DNA of 1,176 nucleotides from a phage: sequence record OR846245.1; one strand, 5' to 3'. Shown piece by piece: positions 1 to 1,176 of this stretch (position 1 is its first letter; each line of letters starts with the position of its first letter). The notes under the pieces were generated by a model. It saw only the letters and a program-made list of their open reading frames with translations, ran no database searches and was not told where the DNA came from. The position numbers and the translations under genes were made by a program.

Positions 1-403
1 CCAGCGAACCGCGCGGCCCGCCGATCGTCAGTGTATCGCCTTCACGGGCTTCCATTGCCCAACGGCTGGCTACGCCGCCATCGTGGATAAAGAAATCCAG
101 CGCCAGCTCGCGACGCGCCTCGTCATACAGCGGCGTGTAATCCCTGGAGACCGGACGAACGCCCTCCCCCCAGATAATGCCTTCCTCAGTGACTGTCGGA
201 GGCGTAAAGCGACAGCCTGGCTCAGGGAAAAAAACTTTCGTGTGATCGTCAAAGCCCAGGGAGGTGAAACCGTCCAGCGCCTCGCCGCCAAGTACGATCC
301 GCTGAAATCCTGCGCTAATACGTTCTACCCGCAGAACGGTCAGCTCGCGAAAACGCAGTTCATTACGAACACGCTGTGGATAGCGTGCGGATGATGTCGT
401 CAT
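1..403 (-). CDS. yqjH: Siderophore-interacting protein / NADPH-dependent ferric-chelate reductase (FAD-binding, SIP/ViuB family); 5' part only, the gene continues beyond the window start
   Basis: Minus-strand frame opens at ATG (403..401) and stays open for 134 codons to position 2. An in-frame TAG lies just upstream (436..434), so this is the first possible ATG. Translation begins MTTSSARYPQRVRNELRFRELTVLRVERISAGFQRIVLGGEALDGF... and contains an RDYTP motif typical of the FAD-binding site of SIP-family reductases. It closely resembles my recollection of the E. coli YqjH N-terminus. Not in the ORF track because no stop codon falls inside the window. Confidence 0.85.
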   Translation of the reverse strand, partial: MTTSSARYPQRVRNELRFRELTVLRVERISAGFQRIVLGGEALDGFTSLGFDDHTKVFFPEPGCRFTPPTVTEEGIIWGEGVRPVSRDYTPLYDEARRELALDFFIHDGGVASRWAMEAREGDTLTIGGPRGSL

Positions 404-409
404 TTTTTG

Positions 410-414
410 CCTTC
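410..414 (-). promoter_or_regulatory. Shine-Dalgarno-like GAAGG for yqjH, about 6 nt upstream of the ATG at 403
   Basis: The minus strand reads ...cttcacGAAGGcaaaaaATG, so a purine-rich GAAGG sits at a suitable distance from the start codon. Confidence 0.45.
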
Positions 415-425
415 GTGAAGTAATA

Positions 426-439
426 CGATATATCTAAAT
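426..439. promoter_or_regulatory. Candidate PadR-type (YqjI/NfeR) operator, copy 1: cGATATATCTAAAT with an 8-bp perfect palindrome GATATATC (427..434)
   Basis: The 13-bp GATATATCTAAAT (427..439) is repeated exactly at 610..622. It lies 24-36 bp upstream of the yqjH start codon, around the likely transcription start. The dyad symmetry fits a dimeric winged-helix repressor. Confidence 0.4.
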
Positions 440-482
440 TAAAGTTTTAAATGATAATGATTGTTAATCAGTAAAAATGCAA
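438..482 (-). promoter_or_regulatory. Candidate sigma70 promoter region for yqjH; two alternative -35/-10 assignments
   Basis: Reading the minus strand, option A is TTAACA (462..467), an 18-bp spacer, then TTTAAT (438..443). Option B is TTGCAT (477..482), a 17-bp spacer, then CATTAT (454..459). Both overlap the Fur-box-like site. The sequence alone cannot choose between them. Confidence 0.3.
452..470. promoter_or_regulatory. Fur-box-like site (TGATAATGATTGTTAATCA)
   Basis: Positions 453..461 (GATAATGAT) match the first 9 nt of the canonical 19-bp Fur consensus GATAATGATAATCATTATC exactly. The flanking heptamers TGATAAT and TTAATCA form an imperfect inverted repeat. The site overlaps the candidate yqjH promoter, and E. 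coli yqjH is known to be Fur-repressed. Confidence 0.45.
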
Positions 483-578
483 CTGTTTTTTGATAGTGTT
501 CTGGCAACGCGTCGCTAACTATAACCTTAGGATAAAATGTTATAAATTAATAGATTATATCAAAAATGGCTTTTACCC

Positions 579-606
579 TTGCTAAAACCCATCATTTAGA
601 TATAAA
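579..606 (+). promoter_or_regulatory. Candidate sigma70 promoter for yqjI: -35 TTGCTA (579..584), 16-bp spacer, -10 TATAAA (601..606)
   Basis: Hexamers match the consensus at 4/6 (-35) and 5/6 (-10) with acceptable spacing. The predicted start near 613-615 falls inside the operator-like palindrome 607..620, which would fit autorepression. Other AT-rich hexamers nearby make this assignment tentative. Confidence 0.35.
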
Positions 607-622
607 TTAGATATATCTAAAT
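607..622. promoter_or_regulatory. Candidate PadR-type (YqjI/NfeR) operator, copy 2: 14-bp perfect palindrome TTAGATATATCTAA (607..620) within the repeated GATATATCTAAAT (610..622)
   Basis: Perfect dyad symmetry centred between 613 and 614. It shares the 13-bp motif with copy 1 and sits between the candidate -10 and the yqjI ribosome-binding site. Confidence 0.45.
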
Positions 623-626
623 AAGC

Positions 627-632
627 AGGAGG
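627..632 (+). promoter_or_regulatory. Shine-Dalgarno AGGAGG for yqjI
   Basis: A perfect AGGAGG lies 2 nt before the ATG at 635 and 5 nt before the ATG at 638. Confidence 0.6.
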
Positions 633-634
633 CA

Positions 635-1176
635 ATGATGCAAAATCAACATGAAGGGTGTTGCAAAAACCAGGATCATAAGCACGACGGCTGCTGTAAA
701 GATCGAGAACATCAGCATGAAGGCTGCCATAGCGCGCATCAGCATGAGAACGCCAGTTGCGGCGGCGAACACCGTCACGGACACGGCTGTGGTCGTCATG
801 GACAGGGCGGTGGTCGACGTCAGCGATTTTTTGGCCACGGGGAACTTCGGCTGGTCATTCTTGATATCCTGACCCGGGACGCCAGCCACGGCTATGAACT
901 GATTAAAGCGATAGAAAACCTGACGGGGGGCGGCTATACGCCAAGCGCTGGTGTGATCTACCCTACGCTGGATTTTTTACAGGATCAGCAATTTATCACG
1001 ATTAGCGACGAAGAAGGCGGGCGGAAAAAAATCGCGATTACCGCGAACGGCGCGCAATGGCTTGATGAAAATCGCGAACACCTGACGCATATTCAGGCGC
1101 GGCTAAAAGCCCGTTGTGTGGGCATGGAGTTACGTAAAAATCCGCAGATGAAGCGGGCGCTGGATAACTTCAAGGC
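635..1176 (+). CDS. yqjI: PadR-family winged-helix transcriptional repressor with a His/Cys-rich N-terminal metal-binding extension; 5' part only, continues past the window end (start may be the ATG at 638)
   Basis: Frame 2 is open from the tandem ATG ATG (635/638) to the window end, 180 codons with no stop. Translation begins MMQNQHEGCCKNQDHKHDGCCKDREHQHEGCHSAHQHENASCGGEHRHGHGCGRHGQGGGRRQRFFGHGELRLVILDILTRDASHGYELIKAIENLTGGGYTPSAGVIYPTLDFLQDQQFITISDEEGGRKKIAITANGAQWLDENREHLTHIQARLKARCVGMELRKNPQMKRALDNFK. The stretch from ELRLVILDIL to QDQQFITI is a typical PadR winged helix-turn-helix. The overall architecture and many residues match my recollection of E. coli YqjI. The ORF-track entry 651..872 (+) is in a different frame and is not this gene. 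Confidence 0.85.
   Translation, partial: MMQNQHEGCCKNQDHKHDGCCKDREHQHEGCHSAHQHENASCGGEHRHGHGCGRHGQGGGRRQRFFGHGELRLVILDILTRDASHGYELIKAIENLTGGGYTPSAGVIYPTLDFLQDQQFITISDEEGGRKKIAITANGAQWLDENREHLTHIQARLKARCVGMELRKNPQMKRALDNFK
650..802 (+). other. His/Cys-rich low-complexity segment encoding the putative metal-sensing tail of YqjI
   Basis: By my count, residues 6-56 of the translation contain 12 His and 7 Cys, arranged as degenerate repeats HEGCCK / HDGCCK / HEGCH followed by H-x-H-G-H-G-C. The DNA shows the matching degenerate repeats (catgaagggtgttgcaaa, cacgacggctgctgtaaa, catgaaggctgccat). Confidence 0.6.

Noticed and set aside
225-236. Homopolymer runs inside the coding regions: an A7/T7 tract at 226..232, a C run at about 166..171, a G6 run at 925..930 and an A7 run at 1026..1032, as possible slippage or phase-variation sites
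   Set aside because: Runs of 6-7 nt are common by chance in enterobacterial genes and both frames remain intact through them. There is no evidence of a frameshift, and such short tracts are not typical contingency loci.
70-291. Track ORF on the minus strand (73 aa, MAARRWTVSPPWALTI…)
   Set aside because: Same strand as yqjH but a different frame. The yqjH frame is open across the whole 1..403 span with a recognisable translation, whereas this one is Arg/Ala/Trp-rich, as expected for an off-frame read of GC-rich coding DNA.
83-394. Track ORF on the plus strand (103 aa, MDKEIQRQLATRLVIQRR…)
   Set aside because: Antisense to yqjH, with no ribosome-binding site. It would end inside the yqjH start region, and its open frame is explained by the codon structure of the opposite strand.
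451-474. Seven-codon mini-ORF ATG ATA ATG ATT GTT AAT CAG TAA in the intergenic region
   Set aside because: It coincides exactly with the Fur-box-like GATAATGAT sequence and has no Shine-Dalgarno. The ATGs are a by-product of the binding-site sequence.
651-872. Track ORF on the plus strand (73 aa) starting MKGVAKTRIIS
   Set aside because: It is in frame +3, overlapping the real yqjI frame (+2, starting 635/638), which has the AGGAGG site and a recognisable PadR-type translation. The ATG at 651 is an out-of-frame internal triplet.
617-889. Track ORF on the minus strand (90 aa), hydrophobic and membrane-peptide-like (…VFAAATGVLMLMRAMAAFMLMFSIFTAAVVLMILVF…)
   Set aside because: It is antisense to the His/Cys-rich part of yqjI. 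Reverse complements of His (CAT/CAC), Cys (TGC/TGT) and Gly codons give Met/Val/Ala codons, so a hydrophobic open frame is an expected artefact. It begins inside the operator and has no ribosome-binding site of its own.
1-1176. A novel defence system, mobile element, CRISPR array or RNA gene
   Set aside because: I found no inverted or direct terminal repeats suggesting an insertion sequence, no regularly spaced repeats, and no tRNA-like or other structured RNA features. The content is fully accounted for by a conserved core-genome regulatory gene pair. The one large repeat is the 13-bp operator-like motif, interpreted above as regulatory.

Overview
This window is the divergent yqjH–yqjI locus (renamed nfeF–nfeR in E. 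coli K-12) of an enterobacterium, a characterised iron/nickel homeostasis pair rather than a novel system. It holds the 5' part of yqjH on the minus strand (1..403), a 231-bp AT-rich intergenic control region (404..634), and the 5' part of yqjI on the plus strand (635..1176). Neither real gene appears in the supplied ORF track, because both run off the window edges; the four listed ORFs are all wrong-frame or antisense artefacts. The intergenic region carries a Fur-box-like sequence, two copies of a 13-bp palindrome-containing motif placed symmetrically before each gene (candidate YqjI operators), and plausible sigma70 promoter elements. The YqjI N-terminus is a strikingly His/Cys-rich metal-binding tail. 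I see no mobile elements, CRISPR arrays or RNA genes. Gene identities rest on my own translation and recollection of the E. coli proteins, not on a database search.
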